Part shown: positions 63,507 to 64,000 of the stretch, in pieces
Position numbering within the stretch: position 1 is the first letter of the stretch
Layout of the letters: the number at the start of each line of letters is the position of its first letter
Source: an uncultured Alphaproteobacteria bacterium
GTDB taxonomy: Bacteria > Pseudomonadota > Alphaproteobacteria > SMXQ01
Direction: 5' to 3'
Length of the DNA stretch: 64,000 bases
Assembly: GCA_963732875.1 (NCBI GenBank)
Contig: CAVTBD010000002.1
Location: 1,687,289 to 1,751,288, forward strand
The notes under the pieces: generated by a model
What the model saw: only the letters and a program-made list of their open reading frames with translations
Told to the model about the DNA's origin: nothing
Database searches by the model: none
Made by a program: the position numbers and the translations under genes

Positions 63507-64000
63507 TGACCGTCCTCGTCGTCGCGGAACATGCCGGCGGCGCGCTCGCGCCCGCCACCCTCGCCACCATCGGCGCGGCGCGCAAGCTCGCGGGCGCCGG
63601 CGCCGGCGACATCCACGTGCTGGTCACGGGCGACGACTGCCGCGCCGCCGCGGAACAGGCGGCCGGGATCGACGGCGTCGCCAAGGTACTGGTGGCCGAG
63701 GACGCGGCCTACGCCCACGGCCTCGCCGAGAACGTCGCGCTCCTGCTCAAGGGACTCGCCGACGACTACGGCCACCTGCTCGCGCCCGCCACCACCTTCG
63801 GCAAGAACGTCATGCCGAGGCTCGCCGCGCTGATCGATTCCCAGCAGGTGTCCGACATCGCGGAGATCGTCGACGCCGATACCTTCGTGCGGCCGATCTA
63901 CGCCGGCAACGCGCTCGCGACCGTGCAGTCGTCCGACGCGAAGAAAGTGATCACGGTGCGCGCCACCGCCTTCGAGAAGGCCGCCCCGGGCTCCGGCGCC
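63506..64000 (+). CDS. etfA: Electron transfer flavoprotein alpha subunit (partial, runs off the window)
   Basis: [35 protein letters not shown]. Confidence 0.95.
   Translation, partial: MTVLVVAEHAGGALAPATLATIGAARKLAGAGAGDIHVLVTGDDCRAAAEQAAGIDGVAKVLVAEDAAYAHGLAENVALLLKGLADDYGHLLAPATTFGKNVMPRLAALIDSQQVSDIAEIVDADTFVRPIYAGNALATVQSSDAKKVITVRATAFEKAAPGSGA

Overview
High-GC alphaproteobacterial (Rhodospirillales-like) chromosomal segment, probably from a long-read or metagenomic consensus: about ten isolated 1-bp frameshifts hit otherwise intact genes. Left to right it holds: a truncated ileS joined to AT-rich foreign sequence, and ribF; a catabolic/scavenging region (SDRs, a 4,5-dihydroxyphthalate decarboxylase-like protein, tandem-duplicated tctC/Bug genes, GGT, dienelactone hydrolase, three D-2-hydroxyacid dehydrogenases, amidase, glutaminase, ornithine cyclodeaminase-like, mmsA); an ammonium transporter fused to a PleC/DivJ-type histidine kinase; nnrS; a compact 7-gene operon of unknown chemistry (VOC-Rieske, VOC, double VOC, M24, bicupin, two SBPs); a lower-GC island next to tRNA-Leu(CAA) (aquaporin-GH15-glucose dehydrogenase cassette between direct repeats, poly-HAMP hybrid kinase system); the ATP-grasp/alpha-E/transglutaminase/Anbu operon; and housekeeping genes (dsbB, coq7, HNH, mcd, pduO-type ATR, etfBA). 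The best candidates for novelty are (i) a ~350-nt highly structured, apparently non-coding element driven by a promoter overlapped by a perfect alphaproteobacterial LexA box (9.9-10.29 kb), beside a low-GC two-ORFan islet; (ii) the Amt-PleC/DivJ kinase fusion; and (iii) the VOC-Rieske operon. All family calls come from motif recognition by eye; no database searches were run.
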